This document shows, one piece after another, positions 1 through 9,837 of a DNA stretch of 64,000 bases (the first letter of the stretch is position 1; each line of letters begins with the position of its first letter). Where the stretch lies: assembly GCA_963837465.1 (NCBI GenBank), contig CAWINB010000004.1, positions 266,853 through 330,852 of the forward strand, written 5' to 3'. The notes under the pieces were generated by a model that saw only the letters and a program-made list of their open reading frames with translations, was not told where the DNA came from and made no database searches. The DNA is from Candidatus Doudnabacteria bacterium (GTDB lineage: Bacteria; Patescibacteriota; Doudnabacteria; UBA920). Position numbers and translations under genes: made by a program.

Positions 1-1287
1 ATAGAAGGCGGCCGCGAGCTTTTTGGCGGCGTTTCCGTTAACACTTCCAAGAATGCCGCGGTGGCCTTATTGTGCGCCAGCTTGCTTAACCGCGGCAAGA
101 CAATTTTAAAAAATGTGCCAAAAATAGAAGAGGTTTATCGCGTAATAGAGGTATTGGTCAGTATTGGGGTTTCCGTTAAGTGGCAGGGTAATAACGTGGA
201 AATCCAGCCGGGAAAAACAATCAAAATAAATAATATAGATAAAGTAGCGGCCATAAAAACCAGGAGCGTGTTAATGCTGCTCGGGCCGCTTTCTCACTTA
301 CTTAAACAGTTCAGCCTGCCTTTGGCCGGCGGCTGTAAATTGGGAGAGCGGACCGTGCGCCCGCATTTGTTTGGGCTGGAAAAGCTCGGCGTGCGCATTA
401 AAACCCATCACGACCATTACGCCGTAACATCGGCAAAGCTTACAGCTTCCGATGTAGTGCTGTACGAAATGGGCGATACGGTAACAGAAAATGTTTTAAT
501 GGCCGCGGCAAAAATTTCCGGTACCACAACCATCAAGCTGGCATCGGCCAATTATATGGTGCAGGATCTATGCCACTTTTTACAGGTTTTGGGAATAAAA
601 ATAGATGGCATTGGCACTTCCACTTTGGTTATCCATGGCAAGCCTGTTATAAACCACAGAGTGGAATACTATTTGAGCGAAGATCCCATAGAAGCTATGC
701 TGTTTTTGTCGCTGGCTGCCACAACCAACTCATCTGTAATAATAGAAAGATGTCCGGTAGATTTTTTGCAATTGGAACTTTTAAAACTGGAAAAAATGGG
801 CTTTAAATATAAAATTTTAAAAAATTACAAAAGCCATAACGCTATTACCAATTTGGTTGATATAAAAACTTTCCCTTCCAAACTCACCGCGCTGGAAGAA
901 AAAATCCACCCGCTAACCTCCAATGCCGGAATAAATATAGATAACCTGCCGTTTTTTGTGCCTATTGCCACGCAGGCCAAAGGAACAACTTTAATTCACG
1001 ACTGGGTTTACGAAAACCGCGCCATTTATTATATGGAACTTAACAAACTCCGGGCCAATATAATTTTGGCCGATGCCCACCGCGCCTACGTGGAGGGCCC
1101 AACCGAACTAAAAGGCGAAGAAGTCATCTGTCCCCCTGCCCTGCGTCCCGCCGCGATAATTTTGATAGCCATGCTGGCCGCCCGCGGCACCTCCATCCTC
1201 CGCAACGTCTACAGCATAAACCGCGGCTACGAAAACCTGGTCCAGCGATTGCAATCGCTCGGCGCCAAGATAGAAATACTAAGATAG
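1..1287 (+). CDS. murA: UDP-N-acetylglucosamine 1-carboxyvinyltransferase MurA, 5' end truncated by window edge
   Basis: Frame +1 is open from nt 1 (IEGGRELFGG...). The translation matches the MurA fold end to end (GKTILKNVPKIEEV, C-terminal LRPAAIILIAMLAARG). Confidence 0.9.
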   Translation: MEGGRELFGGVSVNTSKNAAVALLCASLLNRGKTILKNVPKIEEVYRVIEVLVSIGVSVKWQGNNVEIQPGKTIKINNIDKVAAIKTRSVLMLLGPLSHLLKQFSLPLAGGCKLGERTVRPHLFGLEKLGVRIKTHHDHYAVTSAKLTASDVVLYEMGDTVTENVLMAAAKISGTTTIKLASANYMVQDLCHFLQVLGIKIDGIGTSTLVIHGKPVINHRVEYYLSEDPIEAMLFLSLAATTNSSVIIERCPVDFLQLELLKLEKMGFKYKILKNYKSHNAITNLVDIKTFPSKLTALEEKIHPLTSNAGINIDNLPFFVPIATQAKGTTLIHDWVYENRAIYYMELNKLRANIILADAHRAYVEGPTELKGEEVICPPALRPAAIILIAMLAARGTSILRNVYSINRGYENLVQRLQSLGAKIEILR

Positions 1288-1343
1288 CTTTTAAACTTCG
1301 CTTATAACATCAAAACCTTTAAAGCTTCCTGTAATAGCCAGGC

Positions 1344-1889
1344 CTATAATTTTTCCTTTGCGCAATCCCTTTTTTTCACTTGCCTGGCGGTTTCGTTAAG
1401 GGTTGCGCCGGAGCCGACGGCGTCGTCTATAATAAGGATGTTTTGGTAGCTTCCGGCATCTTCAACAATAATAGTTTTAGCCGCGTTCTCAACTCTGTCC
1501 CCGAGTTTATTCAGGGTTTTTTGGGGAATCGCGATGGTATTTTTTATTTTGGTTACAGCTAATGTCCTTATGGGCAGATTAAGGGATTTCTCCAGTTCTT
1601 TCATTAACTGCACTTCGCGTTTAACCGTAGGCGGCACAAACAACACGCCGTCGATTTTGTATTTTTTTGCCAAAGACAGAACTCGCGGCCTTATATCCTT
1701 TATTAGGCTCTTAATAAGGTTTTTGTTTTGGCTTTGCTTGGCGTACAACAGTATTTGGCCGAGCTTGGTCTTGCCAAAACGTTCTATGCTGTAAAAATCC
1801 AAATAAAATAGTTTATCCAAAAATATTTTCGGGAATGTTTGTTTCATTTTATCCATTCCGTCAATCAGGGGCCTGTTGCCAAATGTCAT
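1344..1889 (-). CDS. ComF-family phosphoribosyltransferase-domain protein
   Basis: C-terminal PRTase motif IIDDAVGSGATLNETARQV. Size and layout resemble ComFC/GntX. Confidence 0.65.
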   Translation of the reverse strand: MTFGNRPLIDGMDKMKQTFPKIFLDKLFYLDFYSIERFGKTKLGQILLYAKQSQNKNLIKSLIKDIRPRVLSLAKKYKIDGVLFVPPTVKREVQLMKELEKSLNLPIRTLAVTKIKNTIAIPQKTLNKLGDRVENAAKTIIVEDAGSYQNILIIDDAVGSGATLNETARQVKKRDCAKEKL

Positions 1890-2070
1890 TTTGGTTAAAA
1901 ATTCATAATTTTGGTCATTCGACCAAAAAAATTTATCAGCTTAACTAAAAGTTAAACGTCAAAATTTGTTTTGACCGACTGCCTCAAAATTCTTAATTTT
2001 TACCTCAAAAGCCCATTTGGCAACAGGCCCATCAGAAGTTTTCATAGTAACCAATATTATAACACAAAAA

Positions 2071-2100
2071 GTTCCTAGTACACTAGGAACTAGGAACTTT
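2071..2100 (-). terminator. Hairpin plus T-run downstream of the TrmB-like gene
   Basis: Palindrome gttcctagt..actaggaac, followed by a T-run on the minus strand directly after the stop at 2110. Confidence 0.5.
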
Positions 2101-2109
2101 TATATGACA

Positions 2110-2853
2110 TTATGTTATCTCCACGCTTTTTGCCCCCCTCCATGAAAGCTCGTAAGCCTGGCGCATAGCATCGGCAATGGCTTTGCTTTCTATAACAATG
2201 GCCATTTTTTCCGCAAAATTCATAAAGGCCAGTTTATTGTTGTAGATGTTAACTTCTATGCCGGTGGTCATCAATTCAGGCGGGACCGCGATGGTTTCCG
2301 AAAGTTCTTGCTTATCATGATGCTTGTTTTTACGTATCCAAATAGATCCTGCCGGAGCTATCCTTCTGGCACGCATATTCAGTTTGACCCGCTGGTTAAT
2401 ATAATCGCCGCTGTAACCGGGCAGGTCTTTAAAATAATCGTCGGTCAGCCACATCAAAATTTCATTGGGCTTTTCCCGCAAAGTATCTTCAAAAACATTT
2501 TTAATTCCCTCAATGCTTTCGTAAAAAGTAACTTTGGGCCTAACCTCATTTTTATTATATATAGCTTCCAATTCGGGCATGGAATTTCTTATGCCTTGTT
2601 CCATTTCTTTAACCAAGAGCAATAACCTTTGCGGTGGTTCGGGCACAAACCTGGTCTTGCCTTTTATTTTAGTTTTTCCCACCACACCGCGGCTAATAAG
2701 ATAGCTTAAAACCGAGTAAGCCGTGGTTCGTTTAACTTTGGCTGTTTCGGCAATGGTCTGGGCACTGGATATTCCACATTCCAGAGCGGCCAGGTAAATC
2801 TTGATTTCGTTTTCCGAGAAACCTAATTTTTTAAGTAATTGATAAGTTTTCAT
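2110..2853 (-). CDS. TrmB-family HTH transcriptional regulator
   Basis: N-terminal MKTYQLLKKLGFSENEIKIYLAALECG winged-helix typical of TrmB. The long ORF extends to 2901; the start at the MKT codon is preferred. Confidence 0.65.
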   Translation of the reverse strand: MKTYQLLKKLGFSENEIKIYLAALECGISSAQTIAETAKVKRTTAYSVLSYLISRGVVGKTKIKGKTRFVPEPPQRLLLLVKEMEQGIRNSMPELEAIYNKNEVRPKVTFYESIEGIKNVFEDTLREKPNEILMWLTDDYFKDLPGYSGDYINQRVKLNMRARRIAPAGSIWIRKNKHHDKQELSETIAVPPELMTTGIEVNIYNNKLAFMNFAEKMAIVIESKAIADAMRQAYELSWRGAKSVEIT

Positions 2854-3015
2854 ATATAATGTCGAATAATTCGTCATTATTATAGTATAAAAAAGGCTCA
2901 ATTGTAAAGAGCTTTTAATACCTAAGACGATTTTTTAGTCAATTATGACTAAAATCATTGACAAAATTAGTAATTTTGTGGTAATTTAATATGTCTTTTA
3001 GTTAATATTAAGCTT

Positions 3016-3948
3016 GTGATTATGAATTGGACATTAGAAATCGACCCCTTATTTCAAACCGCGGGTCTAAAAACTAAGGGCACGGTCTTAATGAACGAGA
3101 ACACTTATGACTTTGACCCTAAAAATCCAAAGGACAGTTGGCTGTATCCGGTATTTTTAGGCCTTCGGGAATTAAAGAGGCAGGGTTTTACAGCTGAAAG
3201 CTTCGCGACCATTGGCACAGGATCGGGCATAGACTCCATTGGGGCGTATGAACTTTTTAGTCCAAAAGAAATTTATCAGGTAGATATACATCCCAATATA
3301 CCTGACATAGCGGACAAAAATGCCAAAGCCTTAATTCGAGGCAGGACAAAAATTAAAACATTTTTAGGTGATTTGTGCCAGCCGTTGATAAAAAGGGGTA
3401 TTAAGGTGGATTTAGCTTACGCCAACATTCCGAATATCCCGTCTCAAGAGTCCGTATTTTATAAAAAGGTCGCGGCTTCCAAGTTTATGGTCCGTGATTA
3501 CGAAGACTGTCCGGAGGTTTTTAAAAAATGGTGCTTGTCTTTGCAGTACCTGTTTTTAAAACAGGCCAAACAAATTCTTAAGCCAGGCGGCGTAGTCGTT
3601 AATGCCGTTGGCGCCCGAGTTCCGTATGAAATTCTAGAGCAGCTTTATGGCAGCTTGGGATATAAAACCAGCGAACTTACCAGCTTATACAAAATCCAAA
3701 GCGAACCGGAAGATACCTTGGCAGGATACGCCAAAGATGAAGTTGACGGGGTTGAGTTTGACTTTTACGATCACGAATTGGCTCAGCCATTTTGGCAAAA
3801 AAATTTGGAAAATAAAAACTTAAACACTCCCCGTCTAAAAGAGGCTTTAAAGCCTTTTAGGATTAGCGCCACCCAAGCCCTGTCGATTTTTGAAAATAAA
3901 GGCAAACAAGCAGGACATATTTGCGGTATTTTTAAATCAGTTCTCTAG
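3016..3948 (+). CDS. Putative class I SAM-dependent methyltransferase
   Basis: Rossmann motif I TIGTGSGIDSIGAYEL followed by an acidic residue. No precise family assignment is possible by eye. Confidence 0.4.
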   Translation: MIMNWTLEIDPLFQTAGLKTKGTVLMNENTYDFDPKNPKDSWLYPVFLGLRELKRQGFTAESFATIGTGSGIDSIGAYELFSPKEIYQVDIHPNIPDIADKNAKALIRGRTKIKTFLGDLCQPLIKRGIKVDLAYANIPNIPSQESVFYKKVAASKFMVRDYEDCPEVFKKWCLSLQYLFLKQAKQILKPGGVVVNAVGARVPYEILEQLYGSLGYKTSELTSLYKIQSEPEDTLAGYAKDEVDGVEFDFYDHELAQPFWQKNLENKNLNTPRLKEALKPFRISATQALSIFENKGKQAGHICGIFKSVL

Positions 3949-3952
3949 GTTT

Positions 3953-4858
3953 ATGCTTAAAAACATTTTACAAGCTATTGGCAATACTCCCTTAGTCCAA
4001 GTTGGTTTTGATACACCAGCCCGGGTCTTCGCTAAACTGGAATATCTAAACCCCGGCGGCAGTATTAAAGACAGATCAGCCTTATATATGGTTGAGGAGG
4101 CAGAAAAATCCGGTTTGCTAAAACCCGGGGGTACCATTATTGAGGCTTCGTCCGGAAATCAGGCTATTGCTCTGGCCATGATTGGAGCCATAAAAAAATA
4201 TAAAGTCATAATTACAGCGCCGGAAATAATTAGCCAAGAAAAACTCGCAGCTATTAAAGCTTACGGCGCGGAGGTTGTAATATGCCCAACATCAAGCTTT
4301 AGAGACCCAAAAAGTTACCATAGTTTGGCCGATAAAATTTTGGCCCAAACACCAAACAGCTTTATGCCTGACCAATATAGAAACATAAAAAACCAGGAAA
4401 CTCATTATAAGTTCACAGGGCCTGAAATTTGGGAACAAACCAAACACAAAGTCACTCATTTTTTTGCCGCGGCCGGTACCGGCGGTACGGTTAGCGGTGT
4501 TGGTAAATTTTTAAAAGAGCAAAATCCGGGTATAAAAATATTGGCTGTGGATGCGGCCGCGTCTTTTCACGCAACCAAAGGCAATCCAAAGCCTTATGCC
4601 ATAGAAAGTATGGGCATAGATTATGACTCGCCTCTTTTAAGCAACAATATTGTAGATGAATTCCTTACAGTTACGGATGAGCAAGCCTTTGATATGCTTA
4701 GAACCATGTCCCATGATTATGGATTTTTAATTGGTACCAGCAGCGGAGCAGCGGCCTTTGCTGCTGCTGAATACGCAAAAAAGTTGAACGGCGACGATTT
4801 GGCCGTTATAATTTTTGGCGATTCCGGACGGGCGTATCTTTCGAAAAATTATTATTAA
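3953..4858 (+). CDS. PLP-dependent cysteine synthase / cystathionine beta-synthase family enzyme
   Basis: PLP lysine motif GGSIKDRSALYM and glycine loop GTGGT. The start is moved to MLKNILQAIGNTPLV to avoid overlap with the upstream gene. Confidence 0.8.
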   Translation: MLKNILQAIGNTPLVQVGFDTPARVFAKLEYLNPGGSIKDRSALYMVEEAEKSGLLKPGGTIIEASSGNQAIALAMIGAIKKYKVIITAPEIISQEKLAAIKAYGAEVVICPTSSFRDPKSYHSLADKILAQTPNSFMPDQYRNIKNQETHYKFTGPEIWEQTKHKVTHFFAAAGTGGTVSGVGKFLKEQNPGIKILAVDAAASFHATKGNPKPYAIESMGIDYDSPLLSNNIVDEFLTVTDEQAFDMLRTMSHDYGFLIGTSSGAAAFAAAEYAKKLNGDDLAVIIFGDSGRAYLSKNYY

Positions 4859-4966
4859 TACTGGTTTATATACCCAATAATCATCTATAAAAAAGCTTGG
4901 CCTTAATGGGCCACGCTTTTTTAACATCACGGGAAATTTTAATTTTGTGATACAATTAAAGCAGTT

Positions 4967-5797
4967 ATGAAAAATCAACAACCCCACCACATCCACCACT
5001 ACCATCGCCATATGAGCATTAGTTATCCCGTGTCTTTGAGGCAGAGGGTTTATACGTTGCTGGTTGTGCCGGTGGTTTTGCTGGTGGCGGCTTTTTTTGT
5101 AATTTCCAGGCTGGGCGGGCACGCGGCGGCGCAGATTGCGGGTATTGGCTGGGGGTTTGTGCTTTCGGCGCTGGCTGTAACTTTTGTGCGGTTGCTTTTG
5201 GCTTATGTTTTAGCCTTGGCCCTGGCGATCCCGCTGGCTTTGCTGATTGAATATAATCCGCATGCGGAAAAAATATTTTTACCGCTGTTTGACGTAATGC
5301 AGTCCGTGCCTGTGCTGGCATTTTTCCCGGTGGTGATTATCTTTTTCGTCCACTATAATTTGTACAATTCCGCCGCGGTGTTTATTTTGCTTATTACAAT
5401 GATGTGGAGCATAATTTTTAGCGTGGTAGGCGGTTTGCGGGTTGTGCCGCAGGACATAAAAGACGCCGGCCGAGTTTTTCATATCCAGGGGTTTGATTAT
5501 TGGAAAAAAGTTTTGCTGCCCGCTGTTTTTCCTTACATTGTCACCGGCTCGCTGTTGGCCTGGGCCGGCGGCTGGAACATAATCATTGTGGCCGAAGTTT
5601 TACACACCTATATTCCCGGCGGCTCCAGCGCCCAGGATTTGTTCGGCATCGGTAGCTTGCTGGTCGCGGCCTCCGCCGGCGGCCAGCAGCGGGTATTTTT
5701 TATGACCCTGCTGGTTTTGGTGATTTTTGTGGCTCTGTTAAATTTATTCGTCTGGCAGAGACTGCTAAAGTACGCGGAGAAATTTAAGTTTGAGTAA
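4967..5797 (+). CDS. ABC transporter permease (SsuC/TauC-type)
   Basis: Multi-transmembrane protein with the binding-protein-dependent transport signature region. It is followed by its ATPase gene. Confidence 0.75.
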   Translation: MKNQQPHHIHHYHRHMSISYPVSLRQRVYTLLVVPVVLLVAAFFVISRLGGHAAAQIAGIGWGFVLSALAVTFVRLLLAYVLALALAIPLALLIEYNPHAEKIFLPLFDVMQSVPVLAFFPVVIIFFVHYNLYNSAAVFILLITMMWSIIFSVVGGLRVVPQDIKDAGRVFHIQGFDYWKKVLLPAVFPYIVTGSLLAWAGGWNIIIVAEVLHTYIPGGSSAQDLFGIGSLLVAASAGGQQRVFFMTLLVLVIFVALLNLFVWQRLLKYAEKFKFE

Positions 5798-5991
5798 CTA
5801 TAATTTTAACCACGCTTGCGTGGTGAATATATAGCATGAATCCGCCGAAACCTGTTTAGTTTATCAGATGGTTTGCTTCGCGGCAAGATTTGGAAAATGG
5901 AAAACGGATAATATTAGGGCGAAGGCGGAGAGTAACCGTGGTCTGTAGCGCGCCGATTTATCGGCTGTATTATTTAAAGACAACTGTAAAT

Positions 5992-6708
5992 ATGGAAAAT
6001 CTACAACCAATAATATCTTTTACCAACGTCGGAAAAATTTACCCCGGCGGGAGCGTGGGTTTAAAGGATGTCAGTTTTAGCGTCAATCCCGAAGAGTTTT
6101 TTGTGCTGGTCGGGCCTTCGGGCTGCGGCAAGTCCACTATACTTAAAATTATCGCGGGGCTTGAAAAGTCCACCCAGGGAACAGTAAAAAAACCGGACGA
6201 TGTTTCCATGGTTTTTCAAAGCGGCGCGCTTTTTCCCTGGCTGGATGTTTACGAAAATGTGGCTTTGGGACTGCGCGCCAAAAACGAAAGCCAAAGGAAA
6301 ACAGAACAGCAATGCGAAAAATATATTGCCATGACCGGCCTTACGGAATTTGTAAAAAAATACCCGCGCGACCTCTCCGGCGGACAGAAACAGCGTGTGG
6401 GCATTGCCCGCGCCCTGGCGGTTGAGCCAAAAGTCTTGCTGCTCGATGAGCCGTTCTCGGCTTTGGACACAGCCACTACGGAAGAACTGCACAGGGATCT
6501 TATTAAAATCTGGCAGGCCACCAAAAAAACCATTGTTATGGTTTCCCATTCCATAGAAGAAGCCGTGGCCCTGGCCGACCGCGTAATGCTTATGAAAGCC
6601 GGCAGTATTGAACAAACCTTCCAAATAAAACTCCCCTACCCCCGCCGCGAAAAAGAAACCGAATTTATGCACGAAGTCCAAACCATCCGGAAAAAGTTTT
6701 TTGAATAA
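5992..6708 (+). CDS. ABC transporter ATP-binding protein
   Basis: Walker A GPSGCGKST, signature LSGGQKQRV and Walker B LLLDEPFSALD. The start is at MENLQP rather than the upstream ORF-track start. Confidence 0.85.
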   Translation: MENLQPIISFTNVGKIYPGGSVGLKDVSFSVNPEEFFVLVGPSGCGKSTILKIIAGLEKSTQGTVKKPDDVSMVFQSGALFPWLDVYENVALGLRAKNESQRKTEQQCEKYIAMTGLTEFVKKYPRDLSGGQKQRVGIARALAVEPKVLLLDEPFSALDTATTEELHRDLIKIWQATKKTIVMVSHSIEEAVALADRVMLMKAGSIEQTFQIKLPYPRREKETEFMHEVQTIRKKFFE

Positions 6709-6995
6709 ATCTTTCCCAGTGCTTATTCGTGCGAATAAGCACTGTATCAAACTATAATAAAATAAGCTCTGTAAAGGAGCTTATTTTATTAATGTAAGGT
6801 CGTTGTTTAAAATTATAGGCTGCATGGCCTGAAGTTCGGCCGTATAAGATAATTCGGGCAAAGGATTTAAGCAGTAGAGCTTTTTGTTTAAGACATGGGC
6901 AAAGCCCATTTCTAAAAAAGTATGTAGCCGCAAATTATGATTTTCATATGCCATTTATTATTTTTTTAATCTCTCTGTAGGATTGATCAAGGCTT

Positions 6996-7307
6996 TTAAA
7001 TAAACTCAATACGCAATCCCAGCCTGAACGCCCTGGCGATTTTTTGTAAAGTATCGGTGGTAAAATTTTGCTTACCGGCTTCCAGTCTCGCTATATTGCT
7101 TTGGGTGGTGCCAAGCTTTTTCGCGAGTTGGGATTGGGATAGCCCTTGTTTTTTACGTAATTGCAGGATTTTGTATGCAATTTGCAATTGCTTGCTAACT
7201 TCACCGTAGTATTTTTTTGCTTCGGGGTTTTTAAGAAGCTTCTCACGGTATAAGTCATAGTTAGTAGGTTTTTTATTCATACAGTTTAGTATACGGTCGT
7301 TCACCAA
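6996..7307 (-). CDS. XRE-family helix-turn-helix DNA-binding protein
   Basis: LSQSQLAKKLGTTQSNIARLEAGKQNFT is a canonical HTH_3 motif. Confidence 0.7.
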   Translation of the reverse strand: MVNDRILNCMNKKPTNYDLYREKLLKNPEAKKYYGEVSKQLQIAYKILQLRKKQGLSQSQLAKKLGTTQSNIARLEAGKQNFTTDTLQKIARAFRLGLRIEFI

Positions 7308-7334
7308 ATGTCAATCTCGCTTATCCACAAGTTT

Positions 7335-7592
7335 TTATGCCGTCAGCGTTAAAACCTGTTTTCTGTTTCTCGGCCACTTTTTTACTTCCGCTTCCCGTTT
7401 TAAAGCTTTACTCCAGGAACGGAATTTTTCATTATAAACAATTTTTCCGCCGCCGTGGGATATTACGTATTTGGAGCCTTTGCCGGAATTATGCGCCAAC
7501 TCGCGCGATTTTAAATCCCTGGTACTGCCGCAATAAAGCGTGCCATCCTTGCATTTTAAAATATAAAAGTAGAACATTTTTTTGTGGACCAT
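7335..7592 (-). CDS. Small GIY-YIG nuclease-family protein (YhbQ/UPF0213-like)
   Basis: FYFYILKCKDGTLYCGSTRDLKSRELAHNSG matches the GIY-YIG core. It is 85 aa and lies 27 nt upstream of the HTH gene on the same strand. Confidence 0.7.
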   Translation of the reverse strand: MVHKKMFYFYILKCKDGTLYCGSTRDLKSRELAHNSGKGSKYVISHGGGKIVYNEKFRSWSKALKREAEVKKWPRNRKQVLTLTA

Positions 7593-7656
7593 TTCGGCGC
7601 AGGTGAAAAATCTATTTACCTTTGGTAAAAGAGATTTACAAAAATATATTAAATTC

Positions 7657-7968
7657 TCATATAGATGGGCTTGTCTTTGTTTCTGAAAATAATCCTGGTT
7701 GAGGCTTTTCAGCCATCTTAGTCAGGGCATGGTCAATAGCTTTGGTATAGGCTGTCGGTTGAAACCTAAGAGCTATATGCGTTCCTGGGAGCGGATAAAA
7801 ACCGTCCACACTATTTTTTGTAAGCTTATTGTGAATTTTTTCAGTCGGAACTATTTTGCTGTCCACAGAGTGAATGATTGATATTTTGATTCCCTTGGCT
7901 CTTAAATCAGCTATAAGTTTTTCTGCATCGGCCGCGGCTATTGCCTTTACGGCACCGTTCCTAGCTTA
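7657..7968 (-). pseudogene. C-terminal remnant of an alpha/beta hydrolase gene
   Basis: The minus-strand frame is open from a stop at about 7968 and reads ...SIIHSVDSKIVP...GTHIALRFQP, which resembles a hydrolase C-terminus carrying the catalytic His. The N-terminal two thirds are missing. Confidence 0.45.
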
Positions 7969-8040
7969 GGTAATAATTTATACAGCTTTCAAGAAAAAGT
8001 ACACTGGAGAGTGTCTGGGTGATTGGAGGATATACCGGTA

Positions 8041-8757
8041 TTAGCAATTAACATACTTAATGGGAAACTGCGCCCCCTTTGCAAAATATTTATCTACCTT
8101 ACCTGGAATGTATTTGTCCCTTATGTCTTGATTGCCTTTAATAGCACTAAACCGCCAGCGTTCCTTTTCTTTTATATAAGACCAAGCTTGTATTTGATAA
8201 ATTTCCTTAACGAGTCCTCTATAAACTGCAAAAGCAAATTGAGGTTGGATAATATGGCGTTTTGGATTAACTGGCCAATCGCCACGAGTAATATTATATA
8301 AGTCGGCTGAAGACATTTCACGATTATAGGTGCGATTTAAGTTTATTAAGATGCTTGGCTCTTCAATTTCTTTTTCCTGTGCCGAATATTTTTCAATAAC
8401 ATCGTAATCGGTCATTTTCCCACGATCGTCAGATTCGTGACCCATTACCATATTGCCTGGGAGATTTTTAAGACCAACAAAATCAATCAAAGCCGCCTCA
8501 ACTTCAAAGGCTTCTTTTTCTGTTAAGCCGTGTCGTATTATGCTATGCCTAACTTGTTGTCCCGAATTAATAATGTCTAATATAATCTTATGATTGGAGC
8601 TTTTAATAGCCTCCTTCTCTACCTCTCGTGCATGGTTATAAACTCTATTTCCTAAACCTTTGCCAATATAAAAGGCATCGCCACTGTCTGGATTCTCCAA
8701 GCAGTAAACATAATATTTTAATCTTTCAATAACGGATTGTGAGAATTTTTTTGACAT
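8041..8757 (-). CDS. GIY-YIG domain protein with an uncharacterized C-terminal domain
   Basis: N-terminus YYVYCLENPDSGDAFYIGKGLGNRVYNH is a GIY-YIG motif. The protein is 238 aa. Confidence 0.6.
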   Translation of the reverse strand: MSKKFSQSVIERLKYYVYCLENPDSGDAFYIGKGLGNRVYNHAREVEKEAIKSSNHKIILDIINSGQQVRHSIIRHGLTEKEAFEVEAALIDFVGLKNLPGNMVMGHESDDRGKMTDYDVIEKYSAQEKEIEEPSILINLNRTYNREMSSADLYNITRGDWPVNPKRHIIQPQFAFAVYRGLVKEIYQIQAWSYIKEKERWRFSAIKGNQDIRDKYIPGKVDKYFAKGAQFPIKYVNC

Positions 8758-8829
8758 ACAAAAAGGGCCACCCCGGGTTGTTTGGAAAAGTGATTTTCAA
8801 GCGATTGCAAATCGTACTAGATTGCAACC

Positions 8830-8903
8830 TGGTGGACCTGGGGGGAATCGGACCCCCGCCTCGGCAATGCGAATGCCGCGTAATACCACTTTACTACAGG
8901 CCC
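8830..8903 (-). tRNA. tRNA-Ala (anticodon CGC), CCA encoded
   Basis: Hand-folded cloverleaf on the minus strand: acceptor GGGCCUG with the G3:U70 Ala identity pair, anticodon loop UUCGCAU, T-arm GGGGG/CCCCC. Confidence 0.8.
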
Positions 8904-8905
8904 AT

Positions 8906-8945
8906 GTTGGAATTTTCCGCCGGAGGCGGATCCGCCTCCGGCGGA
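8906..8945. repeat. GGATCC-centred perfect palindrome, copy a (ttttCCGCCGGAGGCGGATCCGCCTCCGGCGGaaa)
   Basis: 28-bp perfect palindrome with ttttcc/ggaaa flanks. The same element recurs at 12343, 35046 and 62629. Confidence 0.85.
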
Positions 8946-9102
8946 AAGATTTAGGATTTATGATTTGAAGATTTCCGTTTTCGCCAGGAATTCGCAGGAC
9001 AAGCCTTGCGCCATTGAAGATTTAGGATTTGCAAACCACCGCATAATTTTAGCCGATTATGCTAAAGTAGTAAACCCCGCGGCAAATCCGCGCTCGTATT
9101 TT

Positions 9103-9753
9103 CTACAGCTTAACCAGCAAGAGCTGGGCTTCGCCGTTGTTTGGACAGCCATCATTATCTATTCCCTCATTAAATAAGTCCTGTTCAACAGACGGAGACA
9201 GGGTAAAGCCGCTGCCGGATTCTATGCCGAGGTAAATTCCGGCTGGCACGTTACAGCCGTTGCGGGTCGTTACGGTGTCCCAGTAGTTATAATCGTATTC
9301 GCCTCCCCAAGGAGTAGTTAAGGGCCATTGGGCAATATAAGGGCCGTCGCCGTTGCCCGAAACTTGGCTCATCCAGTTGGCTGGAACATATGATGGGTAA
9401 GGGTTGGTGTTGGTGTCGCAGTTTATCCAAACGCCGCAGACGCAGGAAGGCTGGTTGGCTGCAACATTGCAATCCTGGGTGGGATTGGCGGTGTTGTATG
9501 GCAAAGGCTTGGAAAGTCCCGGGTCCCAGCCGCGGTTAACATCGGGCGGATAAAAGCCGTTCTCGTTGTAATACAACTCCAAAGCTATCTGAAGTTGCTT
9601 GATGGTGGCCTGTGCCGTTACATCGCGGGCTTTTTCCCTCTCGTTGGACAGGGCTACAATAATTACGGAAGCCAGCAGCCCGATAATCGCGATAACTACA
9701 AGAAGCTCTATCAGGGTGAATCCTTGTTTTGTATTTTTTGTTTTAAAATTCAT
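9103..9753 (-). CDS. Type IV pilin / pseudopilin with prepilin N-terminal methylation motif
   Basis: KQGFTLIELLVVIAIIGLLASVII is the class III signal. The C-terminal region is Cys-rich. The start is placed at MNFKTKN. Confidence 0.8.
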   Translation of the reverse strand: MNFKTKNTKQGFTLIELLVVIAIIGLLASVIIVALSNEREKARDVTAQATIKQLQIALELYYNENGFYPPDVNRGWDPGLSKPLPYNTANPTQDCNVAANQPSCVCGVWINCDTNTNPYPSYVPANWMSQVSGNGDGPYIAQWPLTTPWGGEYDYNYWDTVTTRNGCNVPAGIYLGIESGSGFTLSPSVEQDLFNEGIDNDGCPNNGEAQLLLVKL

Positions 9754-9837
9754 CGCAAAACGCCGTTGTTTTTTTATTTCTTCCATGGAAATTTAGCCAT
9801 GGTATTATTATACCTTGTTTTTTGCTAAAATAATTAT

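Noticed and set aside
3890-3952. The upstream extension of the cysteine-synthase ORF (start at 3890), which overlaps the preceding gene by 59 nt.
   Set aside because: The conserved N-terminus begins at MLKNILQAIGNTPLV (3953). That start removes the overlap, so the extension is probably not translated.
8739-8954. ORF-track ORFs 8739-8954 (+) and 12330-12539 (-), which share an LVDLGGIGPP...YYRP...GGSASGGK translation.
   Set aside because: They are translations across the two tRNA-Ala genes and the adjacent GGATCC palindromes. The similarity reflects the shared RNA gene and repeat DNA, not a protein family.
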